A stretch of 64,000 nucleotides of DNA from Lama guanicoe (GCA_013239625.1 MU053557.1:6211842-6275841), one strand, 5' to 3'. Shown: positions 1 to 13,705, counted from the stretch's first letter. Notes: a model not told the origin generated them from the letters alone. Numbers and translations are program-made.

Positions 1-1250
1 GTTTACTCAAAATCAAGTAAGTTCATGTCATCTCTGTTACAAAATTTGTCAGCAAGAAAAATAACTTGGTATGATAAAATTTTCATAAACATATTAAATG
101 TAAATGTCATAAGAGTTCTTAGGTGAACTCTTTAGAATAAATATGTTTTATGATATGTCTACTTAAATTGTTTTCTTCTATCTTTTTGGTAACTTGAAAC
201 AGGGTTTTGCTAAATTAAGTTAAATGATTGAAATGTATTAAATATCTAGATCAATCCCAAATAAAATAAGATACTGAGATGTTAATTATTGAACACTGGC
301 ATCCTTTAACAGAGAAACTAAACATATTTGGAACTATTTGTAAATATCTTTGGTGCTACACTGAGAACATTTTCTATGAGAAAGCACGTGTTTCTAGAAA
401 TTGTAAAAAAGTATTTATGTTTGCCAACCTACAGAGAACTATTGTAAAAGACAGCTCATAATTGCTTACTTCTTAGTTTGCACTAGAAATTGAAGTTTTT
501 AAAGGTTAGGAATTTTAATATATGTGATTGTTGACTGAAATAAAATGTACAACCTAAAAGTTGAGTGTTTTATTCGGTGGAAATTTTGGAGGACTCAGCC
601 TGGGATGGCAGCCTCTCAGGTCGCTCTGAGGGACTGCTCCGAAGAGGTAGGGGAGGAGCCAGGACACATAGGAGTTTTACAGCAAAGAGCAGGTAGTCAG
701 AACATTAAAACGTTACTGTTAATTAAAGAAAACCAACGTCAAGTTAAAGAATTTAGCGCTTTTCTATGTACGGGAAGGAGCAAATGTCTGGGCTCATGGA
801 AATCATTCCTTTGATATGCACCTTAGCTATCTAGGGCCAGTGTCCCTTTCTTTCCTGTCCCTCAGGGGCACCATAGGGGGCGGCTGCAGAAGCCGAGCTC
901 CCTGCTCGTTTGTATCCTGAGTTGGCTGATGCCTTGATGGCCACAGCATTCTTTGTTCATTTCTATGATTTGCGGTATTTTTCTTTCACAAAGTCTTTGT
1001 TATATTGTTTAAATGGAAAACTAAGCGTATTTTCACAGTGACCTATGATCCTATTTGACCAAGTGTTGTGAAAACTTTTATCTAAAAAAAGTTCTAAATG
1101 AAGTCTTTTTTAACTTAGAACTAACTTTGAGATTTGAAATATTTCAGAGGGCCCCTGAAGTTATCAAAGATGTGTTCTCGCTCCTCACCAAAGGGAGGTG
1201 TTAAACTAATGAGACTTTTGTGATATGTTCTATTACGCGGGAAGCACTGT
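1..1250. mobile_element. Degraded ERV1 (MER4-group-like) internal sequence, interrupted by an LTR at 529-990
   Basis: AT-rich sequence resembling ERV1 internal non-coding consensus on both sides of the LTR. Confidence 0.5.
529..990 (-). mobile_element. MER41-like (cetartiodactyl) ERV1 LTR
   Basis: TG...CA termini; reverse-complement similarity to the LTR at 56248-56750 (shared tgttgactgaaa end and ctttgatat core); no clear TSD. Confidence 0.7.
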
Positions 1251-4200
1251 TTTTTGTGCTGTGAAGGGCCGACTCAGTGGAGGGTTTGGATGAGGACCTG
1301 ACAGGAAAGGGCTGAGGATAACCAGCATCAACTACTTATTCCTGGAGTTTTGCTGCAAAAGGCGGCAAAGAAATGAGGCAGTGTCTGGCAGGAGGACTGA
1401 GGTCGAGAGGAGGGTTTTGTTTTTTGTTTTTTTGTATTTTGTTTTTTTAAGACTGGAGACATCACAGCATATTTGTGTGCTGATAGGAATGGTCAGATAG
1501 AGAGGAAACACTGAAGGTTGGGAAAGAGTGGGATCTAATGTGCAGGTGTAAGGGTTGTTATTATCATTAATTTGTGGTAAAGTTAACTGAAATTCAGAGA
1601 CTTTATGGTCTTTGCCCAAAGTCAGCCCAAGAGACTAAGGCAGGAGTGAAAGCTGAGTCCCCTGACTGCAGAGCCCAGGGTCTTATTCCCTGAGCTACAG
1701 AAAAAAGTCTAACATACCGCTTATCCTTTTTGAGCTGATCATCTCATTTCTGGGAATCAGTCCTAAGAAAATAGATTGAAATACAGAGAAAGCTTTTTTA
1801 GGCCCGACAGTATATTTTTTACACGCAAAAAGGAAACAACCTGAACATACAGGGACTGTGGGATAGCAAGTAAACATCCTCACTGGCTAGGATACACAAA
1901 AACCTGGAAGGAGACAAACAGGATGGAAATAGGCTAAGGTGACTTCATCCTTTTGGTGCTGTCCCGAGCCCCGTCCTCCATGGAGGGGCCCTTCCGAAAG
2001 AGTTTATAAGAGAGACAGTGTGTTATTGCGACGCGGGCCAGAACAATGTACCGGGATTCCAGACTTTCTCACTTCCCTCCTCTGGGCTGTAGTTTCTCTG
2101 ATTTAAGAGGAGAGAAGTTCAAAATCTCCAGGCTGCCCTATGGGAATCTGGAAATGGTCAGATACTGCCACCTACTGACAGACCCCAGTTCTGCTGGCCC
2201 CTGTGGGGACGGGGTGCCCGGTGTTGGGCGGTCCCAGGCGGGTCTCACTTCAAATTCACTAGAGGAAGGAGCTCCAGGCTGTACAGTTCGCCTGACCACC
2301 TGGAAGACCCCTTTCCTCCACCACAACCCCTCTTAAAGCCCATTTCAGTTTCAGTGCCTGGCATTTCTCCTTAAGACTTGAGGATTGCTCCTTCCTATGG
2401 GAAGGCACATAAGGAGAATCTAACCACTTGGCACAAAGTGGATTATTTTCTACTGTGAATTCTCAGCAACATGAGGACACTTAATTTTGGGCAGGCAGGT
2501 CACTTAGAGGGTGGAAGATGGAGAAGCAGTGTACAAACGAAGGACAGGCTTAAAAATCACACTACTTTTCTCATGATTTTCTTTGTTTCTCTTATTGTAA
2601 AAATAATGGGTATTCATTAGAGATAATCGAAAGAGGAAAAACAATTTAAAGCCATAATTTTACAAGCCAAAGAGAGCCTACATTAACAACTCATTCTTTA
2701 TTATATAATAGCAACAACAAATATAATAATAGCAGCATTTATGGGGCATTTTCTTTTCTTTGCAAAAAAAGTTGTAACTTATTACAAATACCATTTTATC
2801 TTTTATAAAACTTAATTTGTTGTGAACATTTTAAATATGATTAAATGTCCTTATTCAAGACATTGAAAGTAACTGTATCAAATTCCATTACATGGTAATA
2901 GTACAGCTTATGTATCTAATTGCCTATTGTTGGGATGTTTGTTGATTCTGATTTTTTTCAGCATGGCTTTGAGATTGTTTTCTGAAACTTGAATTCCGGA
3001 TAGAAGAGTAAGGAGTATTTTTTGAGGCTTCTGATAAATATTGCCAAGTTGCCCTCCATTGAGAGGAAATCAATCCATGCTGCCACTCGCAAGGTAGACG
3101 AGAAACCGCTGAACTTTAGAATCATGACATATATTTCATACATCATGAAACGTTTTTTTCATCCATTATCCCTTCGCAATTGAGAGAGACGGAGCAGGCG
3201 CTATAACCCCATTTAAAAGACATGGAACCTGGGACCCAGGGAAGTTCCATGGCTGAGCCTATGTAACACAGCTATTTAGGGCCTGACCTGAACTCAGGTT
3301 TTCTCAAGCTGTCTCCTGAGTCTCCTAAACAAACTCACTTCTTTTAGGTTTAGCAGCATATAGAGATGAGAAGGCTTCTTGGACACCTGAGTGTACTGTG
3401 GACCTTCCAGACAGCTCATCACCCCACAGCAAAGTAGGGCAAAGGGATTGCTGAGATCCCCAAGGAGAAAGTTTAGGAAGGCAGGGGTCATGGTGAAAGG
3501 GGCAGGTCTGAAAACCACTGTAATTAGAAAAATCTGTGTTGTGCAGCGCTGTAGAGCACAGTCTTTACATTAAAAAGCAAATAAGCCCTAGGGGTCTAGT
3601 TCCACCACATTCTAGTGGGGTCACCATGAACCATTTCTTTATTTTTCTGAGATTCTGTTTTCTCAGTTATAATACGTGGATACTCACAAGTTTGCTGTTG
3701 GAATTTACTGATGTAATAATATAAATGACTTGGCAGCAATTAGTGCTTAGTAATGAGATAATAAACATAAGCATTGTTATTATTTATTAAGTGGATAGAG
3801 TCCTGGTCTATTAATAATAAGAGGTGAGAGCTAGGCTGGCTGGGTCATGGGGTTTTGCACAGCAGTTTTGTTGCTATCTGTGTGTTAGTAGAGAGAAGGG
3901 GATAGGATTAAATGATCCTCTAAGATTCCTTTTGTTCTTTGTTTCCTATATGAAGACTTTTGGTCTCTGACATCCTAAGATCCCATTTGCTGCCGAAGAA
4001 TCTGTGTTTGTTTCAATATTCTGTGAGATTAAGATTCTCTAACCCTGAGATCCCCTTTCTGGGACTCCAAGATCCCATGACTCACTCAAAATTCTATTGA
4101 AAGATTCCATTTGCATGAAATGAGAGCTCTTCTTCTAAGCCTGGCAGAAGCCTGCCTGACTAGCTCTTACTATTCTTGTGGGTTTCTCCTTAAATAGCCC

Positions 4201-5764
4201 TTCTTCAGAAATTCCTCCCTATTCCTTCCTCTAGTGCACTTTTTACACCCTTCTCCACGGCCCCTCCTGGAATGCTGGTCTTTCCATCATAACATGGGTC
4301 CCAGTTGGTATTTTTATATTCATTTGTGTGCTTTTGGTTAATGCCTGTCTTCGTGTCTCCATTGCTTGGTAAAGTAGATTCTCAATAAATATTTGATAAA
4401 TGAAAAATAATTGAATGAATGAATTCTACAATTCAACGATTCCATGAGTGTTTATTCTCAAGGTCTACCATTCCAGACACTCCTCGCCCCCTCACCCACC
4501 TGAGGGCTGATTCCCAGGAAGGGAGTGACCTTTCCAACTCCATGGTGTTGACTGGACCCTTTGTTTCTGGTCCTTCTCCGCTCCCCTCCCTTCCATTATT
4601 TATTTGCCTCTTTGGGAGCTCTGGGATTGGAAGTCTGGGCTATGTCTCTGCTGTTGAAACCAGCCTGGAGCCGTTCATTCATTCAGCAAATGTTTGCCTA
4701 GTGCCCACAAGTGCCAGGCACTGTGTGAGGGGACTGGGACAAAGCAGGAGCTGGTCCCAGCCTTCACAGAGCTCACACCCTAGAGGGCCAGAGGTGGACA
4801 CTCATGGCACAATCACACAGATTCCCATAAAATTACAAGTGGTGGTAAGTGCTGTGGGACAGAGAGGAACAGGGTGCTCTCAGTGTGTAACAGCCCGCAG
4901 TCCAGACCCAGGACCTTGGATGGGTCCCCTACACCCATTGTCTTGAACACCTGGCTGCTCTCCTGGTGAAATCTCTCCCCTAGGGAACATGCAGTGAGAA
5001 CTTGGGTCCAAAGAAGTGACCTGCCCAGCTCCCAAGCACCTCCCTTGAGAACACAACACCTGTGAGGCTGGAAGCTAAACCATCAGCTCTCAGAGCCCTG
5101 CCCTTCCTTGCAGGACTCGGTCACCAAAAAAAAAAAAAATGCTAAAGCTCCGGAAGGCTGGAGCTCTAGGTGTCCGTCACCCTCCTGGGACAGATGGGGA
5201 AACTGAGACCCAATGGAAGGAGGCTGCTTGAGGCCACACAGTGAGTGGCAAAGCGAGGACCAGACCCCAAACCCCCAGGCTCCCTGTTCTCTGCTGCCCG
5301 CCACCCTCTGCCCTCCCTCCCTCCCTCCCTCCAAGAATGACCATAGAGTTTATACAGGGAGAATCCTGTGGCAACCAGGAGCCTGGAGGGTTTCTACCCG
5401 CTACTAGCAAGAGCTAGGGTGCTGACCAAACTCTGCAGGGGAGCAAGAGCTCCTGGCTCTGTTTGGAGGGGTCTGCACTGCGGCATTCACTTAGGTCACA
5501 ATCATACATGAGTGAAAACCCATGCCTGCGCTGAAACCTTGCTTTTCATTTAACAAACACTGTCTTCAAGGAAATGTAGGTATTTGAGCCTCGAAATGCT
5601 AGTTCTTGCTCATTGTGGCATTGTTTCCAATAGTGAAAAATGAAAACAACCTTTACCAAAGCAGCCTAACTAATGTCCCTTGGTCAGGGAACGGATGAAG
5701 GCCTAGAGCCCAGAGCCAAGCCACAGGACACTACGGAGCAACTGAAAGTATAAAAGTAGGTCTA

Positions 5765-5961
5765 ACACGTTGTTGTATATAAAATAGATAACAACTAGGA
5801 TCTACTGTACAGCACAGGGGACTATATTCCATTTCTTGTATAATGGAAAAGAATCTGAAAAGAAAAAAAATGTATGTATATGTGTATATGTATAACTGAA
5901 TCACTTTGCTGTACACCTGAAACTACCATTATAAATCAAACACATTTCAATAAAATTTTTT
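5765..5961 (+). mobile_element. 5'-truncated L1 3'-end fragment
   Basis: Typical L1 3' UTR (tataactgaatcactttgctgtacacctgaaact); 14-bp TSD TAAAAG(T/C)AGGTCTA at 5751-5764 and 5962-5975. Confidence 0.8.
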
Positions 5962-6294
5962 TAAAAGCAGGTCTATAGGGGGCCAAGGCACATTGTTGAG
6001 TTTTTTTTTTAAAGCAAGTTTAAGAAATATATGCACAGTGTAAAACCATCTTTAAAAAAAAACTCACGAAACAATGTTGTATTTTTCTATGGATACACAT
6101 GTGCTTATGTAAATGCAGGGAAAAGTCTGGAAAACACACACACCAAGGCAAAACCCTCCGAGGAAAGGGGATGGGGCCATATATTGGGGGAGGGGCTGTC
6201 AAATGGAACTTTAGTTTAATTTTTTTTGGAGAATGAATTTTATTTATGCATTATTTACTTAAGTGAAAGTATTTTGTAGAAACGCCATCCTTTA

Positions 6295-6585
6295 GAGCAA
6301 GGGTCGATGAAGTTTTCATGCCAAGGGCAGCAGTAAATATTTCAGGCCCCGTGGGCCACATGTCGGCTGTCCTGGTACAAATGCAGCCCTAGACATCACA
6401 TTACAAGAAGGGCCGTTTTCCAATACTTTATTTATGGACACTGAAATTTGAGTTTCACATAATTTTCCTGTGTCACCAAATGTTGTTTTACCCATTTAAA
6501 AATGTGAAAACCATTCTTAGCTCACAGGCCCCCCCAGAAGCAGGCAGCTGGTAGCTCTGGCCCCAGGGAGTACTCAAATCCTGCT
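6295..6585. mobile_element. MER58-like hAT-Charlie DNA transposon
   Basis: Diagnostic tttatttatggacactgaaatttgagtttcacataattttc and aaaaatgtgaaaaccattcttagctc. Confidence 0.7.
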
Positions 6586-8699
6586 TTAAGTCCAACATAA
6601 GCCCCTCACTCCTGGCCACACTCACCTATCTGGTCCTCAAGTGTTCTGTCCTTCAGGGCAGGGCCCCCTCACGAGCCTCCTGTGATCTGCAGTGGCCCCT
6701 CTGGCTGCCTCCCAGCTCCACCTGTGTGCCCCTGGGGACTCTCCTCTCTGGGCTGCAGGACTATTTTCCTGAACAGGGCTCTGAATGGCTCCATTCACCT
6801 TGGCAGGGGGAACCCAGAGAAAGGAATTTTGTTTGGCATCCCGGAGAAGCCAGAACTTTGATTTGCCTTTGAAATCAGGCCCCCTCCCCTCCCATTCCCA
6901 GGGGTCCCTCGAGACTTCCCTGGTCACACCCTGCTGGCCCCAAATCTCTCTCCCCTGCAACTCTGCCGCCATCAGCATCTCGGCTCCAGGTGGCTCTGCC
7001 ATGGACCCCAGAGCCCTGTGCTTCCCGCCCTGGTGCCTGCTCGTCTGTGTCATGTTAGGTGTGGACATCTCCTTCCATCTTCTTTTCTCCCCTAGGACTC
7101 CTGGGGTCCACCTGGACCAACCCCCCTTGCCCTGTCACCTGCAGGGGGACGGGGAGTGAGCCCTGGAACTGAGCACTGAGCTCAGCTCCTCCACTCATTG
7201 ATCCCCCCGTGGCTGGGTCCTGTCACCTCTGTCCTTACAATGACAAGGACAAACAGTGTGCATTATCTTCCAAGTCCTTTCCAGACCCAACAGGCCTCTG
7301 ATCTGAAAGTCAGAGGCTATCATTTTAAGTGTAGCAATCTGGGATTCACCAGATGGTACAGTGTGTGGAACTCTGAAATCTGACAGCATACATCCTGGTT
7401 CCTCCAGTGACTGGCAAGATCTAATAAAATTAAGACTCAGTTTACTTAGGAGTAGAGTGAGGATAAAAGTAATCCTAAAATTATAGGGGGGGGTTGACAA
7501 TTAAATGATGTAATATATGTAGACACTTGGCTTGGAGCCTAGCTCACTAACACTCAATAAGTGATCATGTTATTATTTTAATTTAAAAGAATCTGATTAT
7601 ACCTGATCCTACCAAGATTGTATAATTCCAAGAGTCTGAGTGTTTACGTCTGGATTCTTTGACTCTAAGAATCTATGGTTTTTGTTGCAAAGATCTGCAG
7701 CTGTAGGGTTCCATCAAGGGCCCAGCCTGAAGGATTTCTAGCCCAGAACCAGACAGTAGATAAGTTCGTGGAGGAGACAGACCCTCCATCTCTCTTCTTC
7801 CATCCATCCCAGGAAGCGATTGGGGCTGTAATAATGTCTGCAAGAGAATAGCTGTGCTTGAAGCAGGATTTAGAGATCTGATGTCATCCCAGACACCCTC
7901 TTCCAGATCTGTCCGTCCACTGGCAATTCACTTTCCCACTCGGTGCTGTTAGAAGCTCCATAGGGAGCCTCAGATGGGAGGGAAGGGGCAGGCACCTTCC
8001 TGATAAGAAGGTAAGTTTGTCACAGCAGCGATGGTTGAAATTGAGGGTTGATTTGAAGGAGAAGGAGTTGGAGGATGGGGGATACTGGGGTGATGTGATC
8101 ACACATTTAGAGCATAGGCACTGAGTAGGATCCCTGAGAGCTCTTCTAGTGCAGGAATTTAAAAACTATGCTCCGAGGAATTAATTCTATTGCTCTTACT
8201 GCCTGCCCTGCGGTAGGAGAGAGCGGGGGAGGGGGGGCGATTGAAAAGCTGGGTGGGTGGGTCTCCAGCCCCGCTGTTCCCTTCAACCAGAACAAAAACT
8301 ATTATTTTTCAACATTTCGAGAGGATTCTGTTATCTAGACTCTGTGTATTGATCGGTTTGCTTTTAAACTGGAAAATCTTGGTTTAGTCCAACCTCTTCA
8401 TTTTATAAATGCAAAAACTGAGATCCAGGGACAGCAAGGTGAAGAATACAAAGTAGCATCAGACAGGACCCCTCTAATTTGTTGATCCTGGGCATACTAT
8501 GTAACTTAGGGGCCACTCAGTTTCCTCATCTGTAAAATGGGGCAGCAGTGAATGCTTCCTGGTAGGGCTTTGTGAGGATTAGATCAGATAGTGCATGGAA
8601 AGTGCCTGGGTGCCCAGTGGTTTTTAGTTGTGATCATTATCGTCATCATCACAAGCTGACCACCTCCCAGGCATTTGGGTTGCCTCTGTATCCCCAGAG

Positions 8700-9216
8700 C
8701 AAGTTTTTCCCCAGGTCCTGGCTGTCCCAGGTCCAGTGCCAGGCTGTGGTGTGGAGTGAGTGGGGCTGGGGTGTTCCTGGATTGAGGAGTGTGGTGAGGC
8801 AGTAGCCACTAGGGCACACTCGTCTGCCCTGTCCAGTGGAAAGCCAGCAGCGGTGCGCTCCTCACCAGTGGAGTCAAGGCTTCTTCAGCCTTTCTGTCGG
8901 TCTCAGCAGTTCTCTAAGCAGCCAAGGGGGCTTATCTCCTCCACACAGGACCCCAAACCTGAGACACCCAGTCTGTGGTTCAACCCACTCACTCCCCAGG
9001 GTGAGTGCCTGCCTGTGCAATCTCCCTTTTCCCCTTAGTCCCCTCCCAGGGGAACAAGTCCTACTCAACCTTTCTTGCGGCCTTGGTGACACAGGAATTC
9101 TTCCAGTTCCCAATTAGTTTTGTATGACAATTGTTCCACATGTGGATGCATTTTTGATGTTTTTCTTGGGGGAGGTGAGCTCCACGTCCTTTTATTCCAC
9201 CATCTTGATCTGGCTC
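8700..9216 (-). mobile_element. Isolated L1 5'-UTR fragment (cetartiodactyl-type)
   Basis: Minus strand starts ...caagatggtggaataaaaggacgtggagctcacctccccc, an L1 5' end with a YY1-like AAGATGG motif; ttgttccacatgtggatgcatttttgatg on + strand. Confidence 0.65.
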
Positions 9217-12200
9217 CCACCCAGATTCTTATCCCAACCATTCTTACAGTCCCATCACCATGTTTGTCCCCCCGCCTCCCCTCCTCTCCACTGCAGACCC
9301 TCCTTTCTCCCCCAGTCCCACCACACAAGCTTTGGCAACATTGCTCCTACCGAGAGAGAACTTCAGTGTGATGTGCATGGTTCTGGGTGAGCCAGAGGTG
9401 GCTGTGGACTCGCCGGGAACACCCAGGGCAGAAGGCAAGAGAAGGCAGCGTGTGTAAGCGGGGGGTGGGGGGGTGGTTTGGGGCAGGGCAGTGGGATGGA
9501 AGGATTAGCATGAGGGCCAGGAGCCGTCCCGGCAGAGGGGACCACTAGGTGACTGGGAACCTGAGGAGCCTGGACTCTAGTCCAAACTCTGATGCTGCTT
9601 TTGAGTGACCTTAGGCGAGTCACTCTTTTCTGGGCCTCAGTTTTCTCCTATGTCCGTTAGAGCTACTTCTCAGTTTAGTGTATAAAAATGAGTAACTTGT
9701 TCCTTTTCATTTGTCCAATAATTGAGTGCCCACTACATACCAGACACTGTACTTGGTACCAAGACTACAGTGAAATCAGAAAAAGAGATGAGGCTTCCGC
9801 CTCTCTGAAAGCTCATAGTCTGAATGGGGAGGAAGATGGGGGAATGAACAGACCCGATCATCTAGACAATACAAAGTGCTCCATCGAGGATAAAATGAGG
9901 CAGTGTGATAGGGTCTGAGATGGAGCAGTGACCGCGCCTTCTCTGAGGTGACATTCAAGCTGAGACCAGGCTGGCCCAAAGCACATGAAGCTGGGCTTGG
10001 ACAAACCGCTCAGGCCCTGTGTCCAGGTGTGTATGTGACGGGAAACGGACCAAATGCATTAGTAAGTGTCTCCTGGCCACGCACCGTGGTCCCAGACCTT
10101 CCCCAGGTGGTGGTGGTCGTGTTCTTTCCTCTCAGTGAACCAATCCATAACCTTGAACATCTGGAGAATAGCTGTGCCAAACAGTAGGCTACCCGCTCCC
10201 CCCGCCACCCCACCGACAAGTTTAGGAATTCATCAAAGGGCTTGCTGGAGGGGCTGGGATTTGACACGAGCCTTGTGGGGAGGGCTGGACCAGCAAAGAC
10301 ATGATGAAGGTAAGCCTCCCAGAGGCCTTAGGAGGTAGAAAGAGTGAGGGATCATTGTCCCACTTGTCAAAAGTGGAAACTTGAGACCCGACAAGGGGGA
10401 AAAGAACACCCAGGTGGCTGGGAGACACTGGCTCTGCTAGGCCAGCATTCTCCTACACATGCCCCTTGGGATGGTAGAATACCAAACAATGTCACCACCC
10501 CCTCCTCCAAAAAGCATGTTCTTAAGAAAACACTGCCTCTTGTTAGCATCTGCCTTGGAAATTCAAAATGCACATCCACACGTGATAGACTTGGTGGTGT
10601 GTCTCCCCAGTTTAACTCTGCTTGACTGTTTCCCAAACACCTTTGCTGCCTTTGGGGAGGGATCACCCATTAACATGCCCACAGAACTGGAGAGCCACGA
10701 CACCCATACTGGCAAGTGCTGAGTTATTGCTGCCTCTCCGTGAGTAGAGGAGACCCCGGCTTCCTCCCCCGGGGACTTGAAAAGGGATTTATCTTTTCCC
10801 CTCAAAGAACCTGGCCTTTCTGGTGCTCTGATGTTCAGGTGTGGTCTTGGCCAAGACACTCCTTCTTTCCCTGAAGGGATATGCTGTGCCCCTTACCTGC
10901 CACTGGTACCCCAGTCAGAGACCACACCCGGGGCAGCTGATGGACAGTTATTTTTTGTCCCTGCAGCTGGGCCCACCCGTTGGTGTCAGCGAGTAGGCCG
11001 ACAAGATGTGGACACGGTGCACCGGGAGAGCCGGGCACAGCAGGACGCAAGGAGCAGCCTGTATGTGGAAGAGGCCCCGGCCGGGACGGTGACAGCTGTA
11101 CCTGTTGGGTCATCAACCTTCAGAGCACGGGGACAGCTACCACCTGTGTCCTTGTCACCTAAAGCCCTTGTGTCTCCCCTCCTCTGCTCCCTGGAGTCTG
11201 GGTTTGGAGCAACGCGCAGAAGCAGGGTTAGGTAACTGTGCGAGCCTCGCTGATTTTGATGCCAGGAGGCGCCCCGACAAAGCGGAAAGAACTTCGGCAC
11301 TCACCCCTTACACTCCGCCGGCTTGTTGCTGCTTTCACCTCTTGATTCGGCCTCACTCCAAGTCTTGATCTTTTCTGCCACCCTTCAAGCCAGTCTTGAC
11401 TCCAACCCCAGGCCCCTCATCAAGGCTGGGCAAAGCTAGGGCCCGTGGGCCACCAGTACCTGAGGACGAGCCCCGAACTGCTGGTGAGTCCCCTTACTGC
11501 TTACTGCTCCAGGATCCCGGCCCTGAGAGAGGACCCAGCCCTCCCTCTCCCAGGAAAACAGAGAGGCCAAATAAACGTGGAATAATGTGTTCTTTTCAGT
11601 TCCCATAGCTCGATTGCCCCAGGTGCGGGTGAGACCACAGTTCTCCTCACAGCCCCACAGGCTACATGCAGGAAACGCCCCTTCCCACAACCTGTCCCTT
11701 CTCCAGCCCGGCCCCTCTGATTTAAAAAGGTGTTTTCTAAAGTGCATCTGCAGCCTGAAGTGCTCAGATTGGGGTAGAAACTTGGGTCGAGATGTTGAGG
11801 AGATGCTGGCCACTTTGCTTCCTTCTTGGGAATCTGCAGTGCACATCAGCATATTTACGGTTCAGAGAAGTCCTGCAGGTGGCAGATCTGTTGAACTTGA
11901 GGGAACCTAGTTTCCCAGATTACTTGACCGTCCATTCTTTTCTTGGTCGTGCCCATTAACGTCCAATGAACTAGCCTATCCTAGAGAGAGGCTTTGAGAA
12001 AACTTGACGTATGTGTGTTTCACTCCAGAGCTGTCCCCAAGGCTCCTGGAGAACCCATGTGCCCAGGGCTGGAGAAGCAGCGCCACCTCTGAGCTCCTAG
12101 AACTAGAAATGGACGAAGTCCAGATCTGGGGGCCTCAGGAAGGCAGTCTCAGATGATGGAGGAAGCCTCAGTTCCAGTGAGGACTTTTCCTCCATGATGG

Positions 12201-13527
12201 GGGGGACCTCAGGCAAGGCCCACTGGCTCCTGCGAGCTCAATTTGCTCTCTGCTAAAGTCAGATAAGAACCTGCTTTAAGGACCTTATGCAGGTCCAGGG
12301 AGGGAGGTGTATGTGAAAGCATTTCATTAAAATGCTTATACAGGGGCGGGATTCCTTCTGTCTTCAGATGACGGAAAGCTTCCTGAGAAGAAACTTGAGT
12401 CCGCAGTCAGTCAGGACTGGCCAGGCCTGCTGAGCTCAGCGACTGCAGCCGCCCCTCTGCACTGATGGGGGCTGAGGGCCGGGTACTGGGGGCCCGGGGT
12501 CAGGGGGCGGTAGGAGGAATTAAGCGGAGAGCAGGAGTGAGACACTGGCAAGGGGTGGGGGGCCAGATAGAGGAAGGAGGAGAAAGACGAAGTCTCAGAT
12601 CTGCTCTCCCAGAGCCTGGGAAGGACGAACAAGCACAGTAAGGTGCGACCTGGATGACAGATGAGGTCCTAGTCCTGGCTCTGTGGGTCCCACTCCCCAC
12701 CTCAGTTCCCTCGTCTGTACAGGGATGAGGTTCCAGCTGTGGGTACCCAGACCTGCTATGTGGCCCCCGTTTCCAGATGGCACTGAGACTAAGGGACCAG
12801 AGGGCTGAGGGGTGAGCCGTGCCAGGTGCAGGAGGAGGAGCAGCCCCGGACATAACCCCTCAACTGATCAGACTCTGGGAACCAGTGGCATGCCCGACGC
12901 CCTGCCAAGCCCCCTGGCCAGGGCTGAGCTGGCTTCCTGGCACCAGCAGCCCTCTCAGTGTTCACCTTTCCCAGTTTGATTCACAGGGTTGGCCCCTGTC
13001 TGCCAGCCCCTATCTGACCTTCAGATAATCCTAGAATGGGACACCGAGTGACTTGAGGGCCAGTTGTGCAGTTCCTCCAACCAATTTAGAGGCTGAGAGG
13101 AGGCCAGGGTGGGGGTGTGGGGAGCATCTGGGGGAAGTCAGGTCACTGATGAGCTGGCAGCGAAGCTGACACGTGAGGACCAGGGGGTGGTCTCCTCTTG
13201 GTCAGATGACCCATGTGGCACGGGCTGCCCCTGGGGAAAGCCCCAGAACTCTCTTAGTTGGACAGAGAGAAGGGGGCGCGAGAAAAGGACTCCTCTTGCT
13301 CGTCGCCTGGGCCACCTCGAGGGTTGGTGCTGCTCGGGCCCTTGGAAGCCCTGGAGGTGATTCCACGTGGCCGAAGCCCCCAGGGCTCACTGGGCACACA
13401 TCCTGGCTCCCCCTCTCACTCCTGCCCTCATCCCCTTCTGGGAAAAGGACGAGGGGCTCCTGCTGTCTTCTCTGCCCAGTCCTGGAGAGAGAAAAGCTGT
13501 AACACAGGTGTCAGGGCAGCCCAGGCC

Positions 13528-13705
13528 CTAGGTGGCGAGGAAGGAGACCTCAGTGGGGGTGACGGAGGCCAGGGGGAAGGCGGGGGAGGTGTCGGCCCCG
13601 AGGAACCGGTACAGCAGCTCCTCCTTCTTCTGCTGGAGCTGCTGCCGTAACTGCGTCTCCTTCTCCAAGGCCTCACGGGTGAGAAGCAGGTCCTCTGAGA
13701 GCTGC
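13528..13705 (-). CDS. CCDC69: CCDC69 last coding exon 9 (RQLSEDLLLTREALEKETQLRQQLQQKKEELLYRFLGADTSPAFPLASVTPTEVSFLAT*)
   Basis: Acceptor catccacag; TAG stop at 13528-13530; lies within ORF 13528..13848. Confidence 0.96.

Noticed and set aside
529..990. MER41-like LTRs (also 56248-56750 and 60496-60949) as IFN-gamma enhancers
   Set aside because: A manual scan found no canonical TTC-N3-GAA in any of the three copies, only one N4 variant at 573-582.
2040..2052. AGAACAATGTACC as a glucocorticoid/androgen response element
   Set aside because: The half-sites are separated by 1 nt instead of the required 3.
1..8700. ANXA6 exons, expected by synteny to the left of CCDC69
   Set aside because: No annexin-like coding sequence or clear promoter island seen; the gene probably lies outside the window.
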